The notes under the pieces were generated by a model. That model searched no databases and was not told the DNA's origin. It was given only the letters and a program-made list of their open reading frames with translations. This document shows, piece after piece, positions 52,919-61,843 of a stretch of 64,000 nt of DNA; the first letter of the stretch is position 1, and each line of letters begins with the position of its first letter. The stretch covers positions 36,749-100,748 of the forward strand of contig JAZKIP010000008.1 in the NCBI GenBank assembly GCA_040384805.1. Reading direction: 5' to 3'. This DNA comes from Patescibacteria group bacterium. Its GTDB lineage: Bacteria; Patescibacteriota; Minisyncoccia; Phycocordibacterales; UBA9973. The position numbers were made by a program, and so were the translations under genes.

Positions 52919-54577
52919 TTATAGTGTTTGAATCTCTTTGCGCAATCCCTCTCCCAGAACTTCGACATTATGGGAATAATCAACTGGACAATCGATTATA
53001 TGAATGCCTTTTGAATTAATCGCCTGCCTCAGAATGGGAGCAAGGTCCTCTGCGTTTTTAATTTTATAGCCCTTCGCTCCGAAGCTTTCCGCAAGTATGA
53101 CGAAATCAGGATTCGAAAAAGCAAGTCCGAAATCAGGCAGTCCCATATCGCGCTGTTTCCATGAGATCATGCCGTAACCAGAATCGTTGAGAATGAGTAT
53201 CACAAGATCAAGACCCAGTCTTTGCGCTGTTTCGATCTCGGCGACATTCATCATGAATCCCCCGTCGCCCGCAACCACCAGCACTTTTTTGTCAGGATTC
53301 AATAATTTCGTCGCGATGCCCACAGGCAAGCCCGCCCCCATGGTCGCAAGAGCATTGTCGAGAATCACGCTATTTTGTTCAAACGCCCTGTAATCGCGGG
53401 CAAACCAAATTTTGTACATGCCGTTATCAAGAGAAAGTATGCCGTCGTGCGGCATGATTTTTCTGACATCAGAGACAAGACGCTCGGGCCGCACAGGAAA
53501 AGAGGTATAAGTATCGGAAACGAGAATACTCTTCTCGTATGAGTTGCGAACACTTCTAAAATATGAAAAATCCCATGAAAGGGGCACCGTGATCGACTCT
53601 GTTATCTGCCAGAGCGCATTGGAAATATCGCCGACTATCTCATGGGTCGGTATGTATACTTCATCAACGTCAGCTTGGGAGAAATTAACATGGATGATCG
53701 TTTGCATATCCCGTGTCAGGATGGCGGGAGGCTTTTCATTGATATCGTGACCAATGACGATGACCGTATCGGCAGATGAAAGAATCTTATGGACATAGTC
53801 GCCGCCTGAAAGGGCAGTCGTCCCCATATAAAGCGGCGAAGTTTCATCTTCGACTCCCTTTCCCATCTGGGTCGTTATAAAGGGAATCGATGTTTTCTCA
53901 AGAAATAGTCGCAGTTGCTTGCGAACGAGCTTGCGATTAGCTCCCGAGGCAAGAAGGATAACAGGGTGCAGGCTTTTTTCGAGAGCATCAACGACTATTT
54001 TGATCGATTTCTCGTCAGGAACAGGACGGCGGATTTTCTCCTGCACGATCGGCTCCCCCTCGGCCGCTTCAGAAGCGATATCTTCCGGCAGCTCGATGTG
54101 AACGGCGCCCGGCCGCTCGCTCTCGGCGATCTTGACCGCCTCGCGGACGATGCTTGCCACCCGGTCGGGACTTTTGATTGTCGTCGTATATTTCGTAAGT
54201 GGCTCCATCATGCGGACAGTATCGATAATCTGGAAGAGCCCCTGCTTGCTTTTCTTAAGCGGTTTCTGCCCTGTTATGACGAGTATTGGCATGCCGCCCA
54301 ATTGAGCATATGCGATGCCAGTCATTAAGTTCGTCGCCCCAGGCCCAAGAGTTGAAAGAGCCACGCCGATCTTCCCTGTCAGGCGTCCTACAGCCGCTGC
54401 CATAAAGCAGGCTCCCTGCTCATCGCGCGTAATGATCAATCGTATGGATGACTCCCGGATCGCTTCGAGAAACACCAGATTCTCTTCTCCGGGCACCCCG
54501 AAAATATACTGAACGCCTTCCTTTTCAAGGCATTTAACAAAGAGTTCTGCTACATTATTTCCTTTGATATCTTTCAT
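52919..54577 (-). CDS. ThDP-dependent acetolactate-synthase-like enzyme (possible 2-oxoacid decarboxylase)
   Basis: FGVPGEEN, EQGA, TLGPGATN, DNALATMGAG and GDGGF motifs. Confidence 0.88.
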   Translation of the reverse strand: MKDIKGNNVAELFVKCLEKEGVQYIFGVPGEENLVFLEAIRESSIRLIITRDEQGACFMAAAVGRLTGKIGVALSTLGPGATNLMTGIAYAQLGGMPILVITGQKPLKKSKQGLFQIIDTVRMMEPLTKYTTTIKSPDRVASIVREAVKIAESERPGAVHIELPEDIASEAAEGEPIVQEKIRRPVPDEKSIKIVVDALEKSLHPVILLASGANRKLVRKQLRLFLEKTSIPFITTQMGKGVEDETSPLYMGTTALSGGDYVHKILSSADTVIVIGHDINEKPPAILTRDMQTIIHVNFSQADVDEVYIPTHEIVGDISNALWQITESITVPLSWDFSYFRSVRNSYEKSILVSDTYTSFPVRPERLVSDVRKIMPHDGILSLDNGMYKIWFARDYRAFEQNSVILDNALATMGAGLPVGIATKLLNPDKKVLVVAGDGGFMMNVAEIETAQRLGLDLVILILNDSGYGMISWKQRDMGLPDFGLAFSNPDFVILAESFGAKGYKIKNAEDLAPILRQAINSKGIHIIDCPVDYSHNVEVLGEGLRKEIQTL

Positions 54578-54646
54578 AGGATAATTATCGCACACTAAGG
54601 AAGAGCCGGCAAAAAGGCATTTCCTTACAAAAGAATAGCATCCGGC

Positions 54647-55129
54647 CTATGATGCCCTTCCGGCCTTTTTGTCATTATAAATACCCTGCCCAGAGAGGAC
54701 ACTCTTGATGTTCTTGCTCATCATCATTATTCTTCCGAGGATCGCGCCGGTTGCAAACGTAAATGTAAAAGCTGTCAGTACCGGCCCATGCAGCCATAAT
54801 CCGAAGATCCACCGCCGTGCAATGGAGAATCCTATATAGAGTATAAGAATAATGATGCCGATGCGATCAAGCCGCGCGACAACTTTCGCAGTTTCTTCAT
54901 GCCACGATATATGAAACATCCGGCCGGCGGCATACCCGACCGCAAGTCCGAAGACGAATCCTCCGATGATTAGAAACGGATTAAAATCATGGGTAACAAC
55001 GTCGTATAGTATAAATCCGAGAAGCGCTACAAATATGACAATAAACATATTCAGTCGTCGTCGCAGGCTTTTATCTATATGTTTTTTGGCAAACTCATTC
55101 CTTCCTTTGAGAATATTTTTGACAATCAT
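54647..55129 (-). CDS. Four-TM membrane protein
   Basis: Hydrophobic segments; leaderless-type promoter before ATG 55129. Confidence 0.65.
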   Translation of the reverse strand: MIVKNILKGRNEFAKKHIDKSLRRRLNMFIVIFVALLGFILYDVVTHDFNPFLIIGGFVFGLAVGYAAGRMFHISWHEETAKVVARLDRIGIIILILYIGFSIARRWIFGLWLHGPVLTAFTFTFATGAILGRIMMMSKNIKSVLSGQGIYNDKKAGRAS

Positions 55130-55168
55130 ACGAATATAATAGCATGATACATTAAAAATTAAGCTTGA

Positions 55169-55197
55169 CGCACCTTTTAAAGACAAGAGGGCGTATA
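55169..55197 (+). promoter_or_regulatory. ECF-sigma-type promoter (second copy)
   Basis: CGCACC-N17-CGTATA upstream of 55262. Confidence 0.5.
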
Positions 55198-55261
55198 CAT
55201 ATACGGTTCGAGATTATTAGTTAATTTTAGAGTAGTTTTAGAATCACATACAAAAAAAATT

Positions 55262-55912
55262 ATGACAAAAAAATCAACACTTATGGCATTAGCGGCGGTT
55301 ATTTTCACCGCTTCGGTCCTCGGATTCAGCACGACAGCTATCGCGGAAGGAAAAGAATCGTCACCATCATGGAAATCAAGCCAAGGTCATATCAAAAATT
55401 ACCTCAAACATGCTCCCGGAGTTATGGGAACGGTCACATCAGTCAACGGCGCCATAATCACCATTGCGGGCAAGAATAACACGACATATGCAATCGATAC
55501 GACAGGCGCGAAGATTTTCAAGAACCGCAATACTGTCATTACGATTGCCGATATAAAAGTCGGTGACATCATTATGGCTCAGGGAACGGTCAATGGAACG
55601 AATGTAACGGCAACAACCGTTTTTGACGGTAAGCCGATCATCGGCAAGAGAAATCAGGGCAACTTTCCGGGAGTGATGGGAATCGTCACGGGAATTTCCG
55701 GAACAACGATTTCTCTTACGGCCAAAGACAATACTCTCTATAGCATTGAGACGACGTCCGCAACGGTCATTGAAAAAGGCATACCTCCTGTTAAGACACA
55801 GTTATCCGAGATAGCGGTCGGTGATACCCTCATGATTCGAGGCGTGGTCAATGGAACACATGTCACCGCAGAGAAAATCTTCGATGGGAAATTTACGAAG
55901 AAAACCCGATAA
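55262..55912 (+). CDS. Secreted protein with two DUF5666-like repeats
   Basis: Signal peptide; two copies of PGVMGxVTxxxG...IxVGD...GxVNGTxVTAxxxFDGK. Confidence 0.75.
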   Translation: MTKKSTLMALAAVIFTASVLGFSTTAIAEGKESSPSWKSSQGHIKNYLKHAPGVMGTVTSVNGAIITIAGKNNTTYAIDTTGAKIFKNRNTVITIADIKVGDIIMAQGTVNGTNVTATTVFDGKPIIGKRNQGNFPGVMGIVTGISGTTISLTAKDNTLYSIETTSATVIEKGIPPVKTQLSEIAVGDTLMIRGVVNGTHVTAEKIFDGKFTKKTR

Positions 55913-55938
55913 CTTACCAGCGATTTCAAAAAAACTCT

Positions 55939-55992
55939 ATCACAAAAAAAACGCTCTCCGGCCACTATGACCGGAGAGCGTTTTTTTGTGAT
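55939..55992. terminator. Bidirectional terminator
   Basis: atcacaaaaaaaacgctctccgg...ccggagagcgtttttttgtgat. Confidence 0.85.
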
Positions 55993-55998
55993 GAGATA

Positions 55999-57105
55999 TT
56001 ATTGCGTGGTTTTAACCGACTCGATATCCCCTCGAACAGTACCATATTGATTCTGAGCAATGAGACGATAGTAGTATCGCGTATCATTTTGCAGACCGCT
56101 AATCGTTGCCTGAACGTTTTTTGTATCAGTCGAGGACTGGATGATCTGCTTGGTCGTACCGCTTCCGATCAGATTGCCAAGCAAAGAATCTTGGCTATAT
56201 TCGAACCAATAATTCGTATCAGCTCCATTGGCTGTAACGCGGCCGTTGAGACGGGCTGAATCATCACTTACATTGCTTGCCGCTGTCGTTTCTACTGTTG
56301 GCGCTGATGCATTTACGGGACCTGCTGTCGTAAAGTTTTCCATAGGACCGTTCACGGTTCCGTATTGATTCTGACCATTGAGGCGGAAGTAATATTTGGT
56401 CAACGGTTCAAGTCCTGATACGTCGAAAGAAACGGACGTAATACTTGTTCCGCTGCCGGCTGACTGTAACGATGTGACAAACCCGAAATTATTTTCCTTG
56501 CCGTATTCAAACCAATAGGTAGTCGGATTGCCGTTCGGATTAACTTCACCCTTAAGCGTTGCCGTCGTACGGACGACATTTGTCGCATCATTGGTGCGAA
56601 TAGTCGGCGCCCGTCCAGTGACCGGCGGAGTTGTATTCGTATTGAATGTATACGTGGCGCCATTGACAGTCGCAAAGCTGTTCTTCGCGCTCAATCGGAA
56701 ATAGTAAAGAGTGTTAGCTTTCAGGCCTGTGATATAGCCTGGGGTTGCCAGAAGAGTAAATCCTGACCCGATTCCCTGGGCGCTCGTCCGCGCGCCGAGA
56801 GCTGTTGTCTCTCCGTACTCGAACCAGTATGTCGTTGAAGCACCGTTAGGCCGCACGCTTCCTGTGACGCTTGCTGTCGATGAGGATGTCGTACTTGCCT
56901 TCGTTGTTTGTACAAGCGGGGCATCAGGCTTGGTTGTAGCAAGTGGCGCAGGCGTCGTATCTTTAACATCGGTCTTAACATCCCCGGGAACAATTAAAGA
57001 CGTATCCTCTTTGACGTCTGACATGTCTCTTGATTTTGAGACAAAATATCCGATTCCGATAATAACGATGATAACGAGTATTGCAATAGTTGTGTTTTTA
57101 TTCAT
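55999..57105 (-). CDS. Membrane-anchored protein with three fibronectin-III-like repeats
   Basis: Three copies of APxxxT...GxVxxNGxxTxYWFEY...GLxxxTxYYxRL. Confidence 0.85.
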   Translation of the reverse strand: MNKNTTIAILVIIVIIGIGYFVSKSRDMSDVKEDTSLIVPGDVKTDVKDTTPAPLATTKPDAPLVQTTKASTTSSSTASVTGSVRPNGASTTYWFEYGETTALGARTSAQGIGSGFTLLATPGYITGLKANTLYYFRLSAKNSFATVNGATYTFNTNTTPPVTGRAPTIRTNDATNVVRTTATLKGEVNPNGNPTTYWFEYGKENNFGFVTSLQSAGSGTSITSVSFDVSGLEPLTKYYFRLNGQNQYGTVNGPMENFTTAGPVNASAPTVETTAASNVSDDSARLNGRVTANGADTNYWFEYSQDSLLGNLIGSGTTKQIIQSSTDTKNVQATISGLQNDTRYYYRLIAQNQYGTVRGDIESVKTTQ

Positions 57106-57219
57106 AAAAATGGCTAAACTGATAATGATTGATATATTCGACTTATATCAAGTATAACACTTTAAAATTTTATCAAGGGAGAAGTTATGCACCCTGAAAA
57201 TCCTGTTTTCATTTTCATA

Positions 57220-57537
57220 TCATTTAAGTCCCATAACGATATCATAAAAATTCTTGATCCTGTCTTTACTGTCTATTTCAATTCCTTCTTTTTTATAGAG
57301 TTCTAATCGTTCTTTCCTTCTCTTACGATCAATCCAGATCCGGCCGTCTGCATAGACGATTCTGTGGAATGGGATATTTTTCACTCCGCTTTTCGATGCC
57401 TTGTCGAGAATCGACGTGATGCTTTGCGATGCCATGCCGCCTGCGCCTGCCGCGCGCGCAATCCGCCCATAGGTCGTAACTTTGCCTTTAGGGATCGATA
57501 ATGCGATTTTCACAACACGCTCGCTGAATGTTTTCAT
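57220..57537 (-). CDS. Alkyltransferase-like (ATL/MGMT family) protein
   Basis: IPKGKVTTYGRIA; PFHRIV replaces the catalytic PCHRV. Confidence 0.8.
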   Translation of the reverse strand: MKTFSERVVKIALSIPKGKVTTYGRIARAAGAGGMASQSITSILDKASKSGVKNIPFHRIVYADGRIWIDRKRRKERLELYKKEGIEIDSKDRIKNFYDIVMGLK

Positions 57538-57614
57538 ATAAAGCTTATTATAACTCTTTACGACAAGAAACGGAGGGGTATAATAAAAATATATCAATAA
57601 AAGATATATTTCAT

Positions 57615-58469
57615 ATGAAAAAGAAAAGACGACCATCGCAAAAACAAAATACACGACCCGGACTCCAATGGAAAATGACACCGAAGCCCAAAAGCGACAA
57701 GGATACAACAAAGAATACTCCCCGCTTAGGCGGCAAAGTGGCGCTCATAACAGGTGGCGACAGCGGGATCGGCCGGGCTATTGCGATCGCCTTTGCCAAG
57801 GAGGGGGCATCAATCGCCATTTCATATCTGCGAGAACACGCTGACGCCCGGGAGACGAAACGGCTCGTGGAAGAATACGGGAAAGAGTGTCTCTTGATTC
57901 CGGGAGATATCGGCACGAAAGCATTCGCACGGCAGGCAGTCGGCAAAACAATAAAAAAATTCGGCACACTTACTATTCTCGTTAACAATGCTGCCGAACA
58001 GCATCCCCAGAAATCAATCCTCGATATCACGGAACGCCAGCTTGAAAAAACATTCCGGACGAATATTTTCGCTATGTTCTTCATGACGCAAGCAGCACTA
58101 CGCTTTCTTAGAAAAGGGAGCGTCATCATCAACACAGCATCAGTGACAGCCTACAGAGGAAGCGAGGAACTACTGGACTATTCCGCAACCAAGGGAGCGA
58201 TCGTTTCTTTTACCAGATCTCTTTCAGGGTCGCTTATAAAAAAAGGCATCAGGGTCAATGCTGTCGCCCCGGGTGCCGTCTGGACGCCGCTTATTCCTTC
58301 GACATTTCCGCGAAAGAAAGTAATGAATTTCGGCACGGATAATCCGATGATGCGCGCAGGAGAACCTGCGGAGATCGCTCCTGCATATGTGTATCTTGCT
58401 TCCGATGATTCGTCGTTTATGACAGGACAGGTACTTCATCCGAACGGCGGAGAAATTATCAATGGATAA
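57615..58469 (+). CDS. SDR oxidoreductase (YhdF/YghA-like)
   Basis: TGGDSGIG, NNAA, YSATK and VAPG motifs. Confidence 0.92.
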   Translation: MKKKRRPSQKQNTRPGLQWKMTPKPKSDKDTTKNTPRLGGKVALITGGDSGIGRAIAIAFAKEGASIAISYLREHADARETKRLVEEYGKECLLIPGDIGTKAFARQAVGKTIKKFGTLTILVNNAAEQHPQKSILDITERQLEKTFRTNIFAMFFMTQAALRFLRKGSVIINTASVTAYRGSEELLDYSATKGAIVSFTRSLSGSLIKKGIRVNAVAPGAVWTPLIPSTFPRKKVMNFGTDNPMMRAGEPAEIAPAYVYLASDDSSFMTGQVLHPNGGEIING

Positions 58470-58470
58470 T

Positions 58471-59640
58471 TTATTTATCCGCCTTTCTCTTCCAATATTT
58501 TTGTCCTTTTAATTTCTCAGGAAGAAGATCTTCCGTGGTGTATTTTTCGTATCCCTTATGGTAGCCGAGGTCTTTCATGAGTTTTGTCGGAGCATTGCGG
58601 ATGCTCATTGGAATAGGCAGATTACCGTGTTTCTTAGCATCTTCCATGGCGGCAAGATACGCGTAGTATGCTGCTTTGCTTTTCGGAGCTTCCGAAAGAT
58701 ATATCACACCATGCGACAAATTGATCCCTGCTTCGGGATATCCAATCGTCTCAACTGCCCGAAAAACGGCATTGGCAAGCGGCAGCGCATGCGGATCTTC
58801 CATGCCGATGTCTTCGGAAGCGAATATCACCATGCGCCGCGCGATGAATTTCGGATCCTCACCGGACTCGATCATACGGGAAAGATAGTAGAGCGCAGCA
58901 TCAGGCTGGCTAGCCCGCATGCTTTTAATAAATGCAGATATCGTATTGTAGTGCTCGTCCCCTTTCTTGTCGTACCGCAGGTATTTCGATTGCAGGGTCT
59001 GCTTGAAATTCAGAAGAGTAAGATCGCCGTAGAGGCGAACGGTATTTTCGATCATGGCGATCATCTGCCGCGCATCGCCGCCTGACATCGACACGAGCCA
59101 TTCCGACGCCTCATCAGCAATCTGATATCCGGTTCTTCTGATAATCTCGCGCATATTATCTTCGTTTAATTCTTCAAGAACAAAAACACGGCAACGCGAT
59201 AAGAGCGCGGGAATCACTTCAAACGATGGATTCTCCGTCGTCGCTCCGATAAGGAATAATTTCCCCGATTCAACGGCAGGCAGAAGATAATCCTGCTGAG
59301 CCTTGTTGAAGCGGTGTATCTCGTCAAGGAATAATATCTTCGGGCCGAAGAGATCTCCGCTCCCCTCGATGATCTTCCTGATATCATCCTTGCCTGCCGA
59401 TACCGCCGAAAGCTCGTGGTATTCGGTATTGAGAGCCTTCGCATAAATGCGGGCAAGGGTCGTCTTGCCGACGCCGGGCGGTCCCCAGAGGATGAACGAG
59501 AAAAGATGCTTCTCTTCGATCGCTATGCGAAGCGGTCCTTTCTTGGTGTCCTTCTTTTCATTACCTGGACCGACAAGATGTTCTTGCCCGACAAATTCAT
59601 CCAGATTCTTGGGTCGTATTTGTGATGCCAATGGTTCCAT
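58471..59640 (-). CDS. rarA: Replication-associated recombination protein A
   Basis: [27 protein letters not shown] and ASEDIG motifs. Confidence 0.95.
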   Translation of the reverse strand: MEPLASQIRPKNLDEFVGQEHLVGPGNEKKDTKKGPLRIAIEEKHLFSFILWGPPGVGKTTLARIYAKALNTEYHELSAVSAGKDDIRKIIEGSGDLFGPKILFLDEIHRFNKAQQDYLLPAVESGKLFLIGATTENPSFEVIPALLSRCRVFVLEELNEDNMREIIRRTGYQIADEASEWLVSMSGGDARQMIAMIENTVRLYGDLTLLNFKQTLQSKYLRYDKKGDEHYNTISAFIKSMRASQPDAALYYLSRMIESGEDPKFIARRMVIFASEDIGMEDPHALPLANAVFRAVETIGYPEAGINLSHGVIYLSEAPKSKAAYYAYLAAMEDAKKHGNLPIPMSIRNAPTKLMKDLGYHKGYEKYTTEDLLPEKLKGQKYWKRKADK

Positions 59641-59671
59641 AGTTCCATTATACTCCTCCTGTCAACGAAAA

Positions 59672-59699
59672 AAGAAAAGCCGTCACGACGGCTTTTCTT
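59672..59699 (-). terminator. Terminator-like hairpin overlapping the end of the zinc-ribbon gene
   Basis: aagaaaagccgtc-ac-gacggcttttctt with an adjacent A-run. Confidence 0.65.
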
Positions 59700-59994
59700 G
59701 GGATGTATTTTGATTATCTCCGGCAGTGCGCCATCGATCGAGTTTCGAAATACCCATTGTAAAGTAGCGCGCCAGGAATTTCGGAATGAACATGACACGA
59801 AGCCTGTCTTTGACCTTTATGATCATCTGATCAAGGGTCAGATCCGGATCGGTAAATGCGCCATTGGCATAGCAATGGCTGCAATACTTCTTAGATTTGG
59901 TGCCGTCCTTGTTAGTACCGCCATAGTCAAGATCCTTCCAGAGCGGCATCCCGCAGCTCTGGCAACAATGGGCTTTGAGTGAAAAATCAAACAT
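59683..59994 (-). CDS. Putative zinc-ribbon domain protein
   Basis: CQSCGMP...GT..DG...YCSHCY..G.F...LDRW. Confidence 0.8.
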   Translation of the reverse strand: MFDFSLKAHCCQSCGMPLWKDLDYGGTNKDGTKSKKYCSHCYANGAFTDPDLTLDQMIIKVKDRLRVMFIPKFLARYFTMGISKLDRWRTAGDNQNTSQEKPS

Positions 59995-60085
59995 GAGGAT
60001 ATTATTTCAGATATAAAAAATAAATGCCAGTCTACTCATCTGCCTTGACTCTTTATGGACTCCTTCCATTCTCCCATAAGAAGAC

Positions 60086-60808
60086 TTAGCGAAAATCCGC
60101 GTGTTTTTTCGTTGCAGGTTTTCCGGTCGCGGCAACGGCGAAAAAATTCTTAACATAGATCCATCCTGTCTTTATCAGGCCCTCTTCCTTGATTCTCCGG
60201 GCCGAGGTATGAACCACTGCTCCCGGCAAGAATTTCACCTTTCCGAATTTATGAAGGCGTCGGGCAATATCGGTATCTTCCCCATAGAATTCGATCGTCG
60301 TATCAAAGCCGCCGATCGCGTGCAGTGCTTCCTTTCGTGCCGCAAAGTTTCCTCCGACGACAAGGTAGCCGGTACAAAGGTACGTAAGATAGGAAAAGAA
60401 ATGCCAATAAATCCACACGCACAGATGTATGACAAGTGGCACATCCTTGTATACATAGATGCCGCTTGCACAGACGATGCGCTCGTCTCGGGCATAGGCA
60501 GCGATTATTTTCCGTACCCACTTTTCCGTTATTTCCGTATCGGCGTCAATATAGGCGACAATACCGCCGCGGGCTTCATGGAGGCCCCGCTGCCGAGCTT
60601 TCGTCAGACCCTTCTCTCTTTCGCTCACGACCCTGACGCCGGGGAACGACTCGGCGACTGTGCGCGTATTATCAGTGCTTGCATTATCAACGACGATAAT
60701 CTCGAGAAATTCGCCCCTGCAGGCAACGATACTTGCGAGACATGCGCCTATGTATTTTTCCTCATTATAGGCGCAGACCACGAGGCTGATTGAGAGCGGC
60801 GCATTCAT
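60086..60808 (-). CDS. Glycosyltransferase family 2
   Basis: AYNEE, VDNASTD, IDAD, GED and TSARR motifs. Confidence 0.92.
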   Translation of the reverse strand: MNAPLSISLVVCAYNEEKYIGACLASIVACRGEFLEIIVVDNASTDNTRTVAESFPGVRVVSEREKGLTKARQRGLHEARGGIVAYIDADTEITEKWVRKIIAAYARDERIVCASGIYVYKDVPLVIHLCVWIYWHFFSYLTYLCTGYLVVGGNFAARKEALHAIGGFDTTIEFYGEDTDIARRLHKFGKVKFLPGAVVHTSARRIKEEGLIKTGWIYVKNFFAVAATGKPATKKHADFR

Positions 60809-60895
60809 ATGCATCCATTATATACAAAAAAGCGTCTTTCCGCTTTCTGGGGATAGCTTTCTTCCTTGTTTTTCCTTCTTTGGTATAATTAAAGC

Positions 60896-61738
60896 ATGAC
60901 AAGAAATGCAATTATCACAATCATACTTGCGGTCATCGTCATAGGAGCGATCCTTATCTGGAGCAACAAGAAAGATGTTGTTGATCTGGAAAAAACAAAT
61001 GACCAGGGGCAAGTAACAGATATTAACAATAATGTTTCAAATAATAATGGTTCAACGGTCTTAAGCGAGTCAGAGTCGGCAGTCCGAACAAAGGTCATCG
61101 AATTCGGGCAGAAACTCAAGAATGTATCGATACTCGCCGCTGATTATCAAAATCAGGTGCAAGTACAATACGGGTCGTATGTAAGCCCTTCTCTTATCGC
61201 CGATTGGAAGGCGGATTCAAAGCTCGCCTTGGGCAGAAGCACATCGAGCCCATGGCCTGACAGGATCGAGATCACAAAAGTCACCAAGAAAAATGACACG
61301 ACATATACGGTCGAAGGCAATGTCATTGAAGTAACTATGGACAAACAGGCTACACCGACAGCTATGTATGGCGTCACTCTGACCGTACAGAAGCTCAACG
61401 GCGCGTGGTATATAAACGCAGTTACAAAGGGCCCGTATAACCAGTCCGTATCGTCGACAGAGCCGGTGAGCGTCGACGGCGTCTGGGAATGTCTGCCTCA
61501 TAAGGTTACAACAGGACCTCAGACAATGGAGTGCGCATTCGGCATCAAAGCTGCAACCGGCGATGTCCATTATGCGCTTAATCTTGGATCGTTTGAAGGG
61601 TCGTTCAATACGACTCCGACCAACGCCCGAATCCATGTTGAAGGAACTCTTATTCCGCAAAATGCATCCAATGCAAGCATGTGGGAAAAGTATGCCATCA
61701 AGGGAATTATCCAAGTTACAAGCATCAAGAGACTGTAA
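60896..61738 (+). CDS. Membrane-anchored hypothetical protein
   Basis: N-terminal TM helix; GRSTSSPWPDRI and CLPH...ECAFG motifs. Confidence 0.7.
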   Translation: MTRNAIITIILAVIVIGAILIWSNKKDVVDLEKTNDQGQVTDINNNVSNNNGSTVLSESESAVRTKVIEFGQKLKNVSILAADYQNQVQVQYGSYVSPSLIADWKADSKLALGRSTSSPWPDRIEITKVTKKNDTTYTVEGNVIEVTMDKQATPTAMYGVTLTVQKLNGAWYINAVTKGPYNQSVSSTEPVSVDGVWECLPHKVTTGPQTMECAFGIKAATGDVHYALNLGSFEGSFNTTPTNARIHVEGTLIPQNASNASMWEKYAIKGIIQVTSIKRL

Positions 61739-61756
61739 CAGTTAATCAAGTCTCTC

Positions 61757-61793
61757 ATAAAAGGCTCCCGTCATTCTGACGGGAGCCTTTTAT
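61757..61793. terminator. Bidirectional terminator
   Basis: ataaaaggctcccgtca-ttc-tgacgggagccttttat. Confidence 0.85.
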
Positions 61794-61843
61794 TATAAGC
61801 GAAGAGCATTTTTTATCTGAGCGGATGCGATCGCATCCTGATA

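Noticed and set aside
57188-57220. Third TGCACC hexamer as an ECF promoter
   Set aside because: No CGTA -10 element at 16-17 nt, and it points into the 3' end of a convergent gene.
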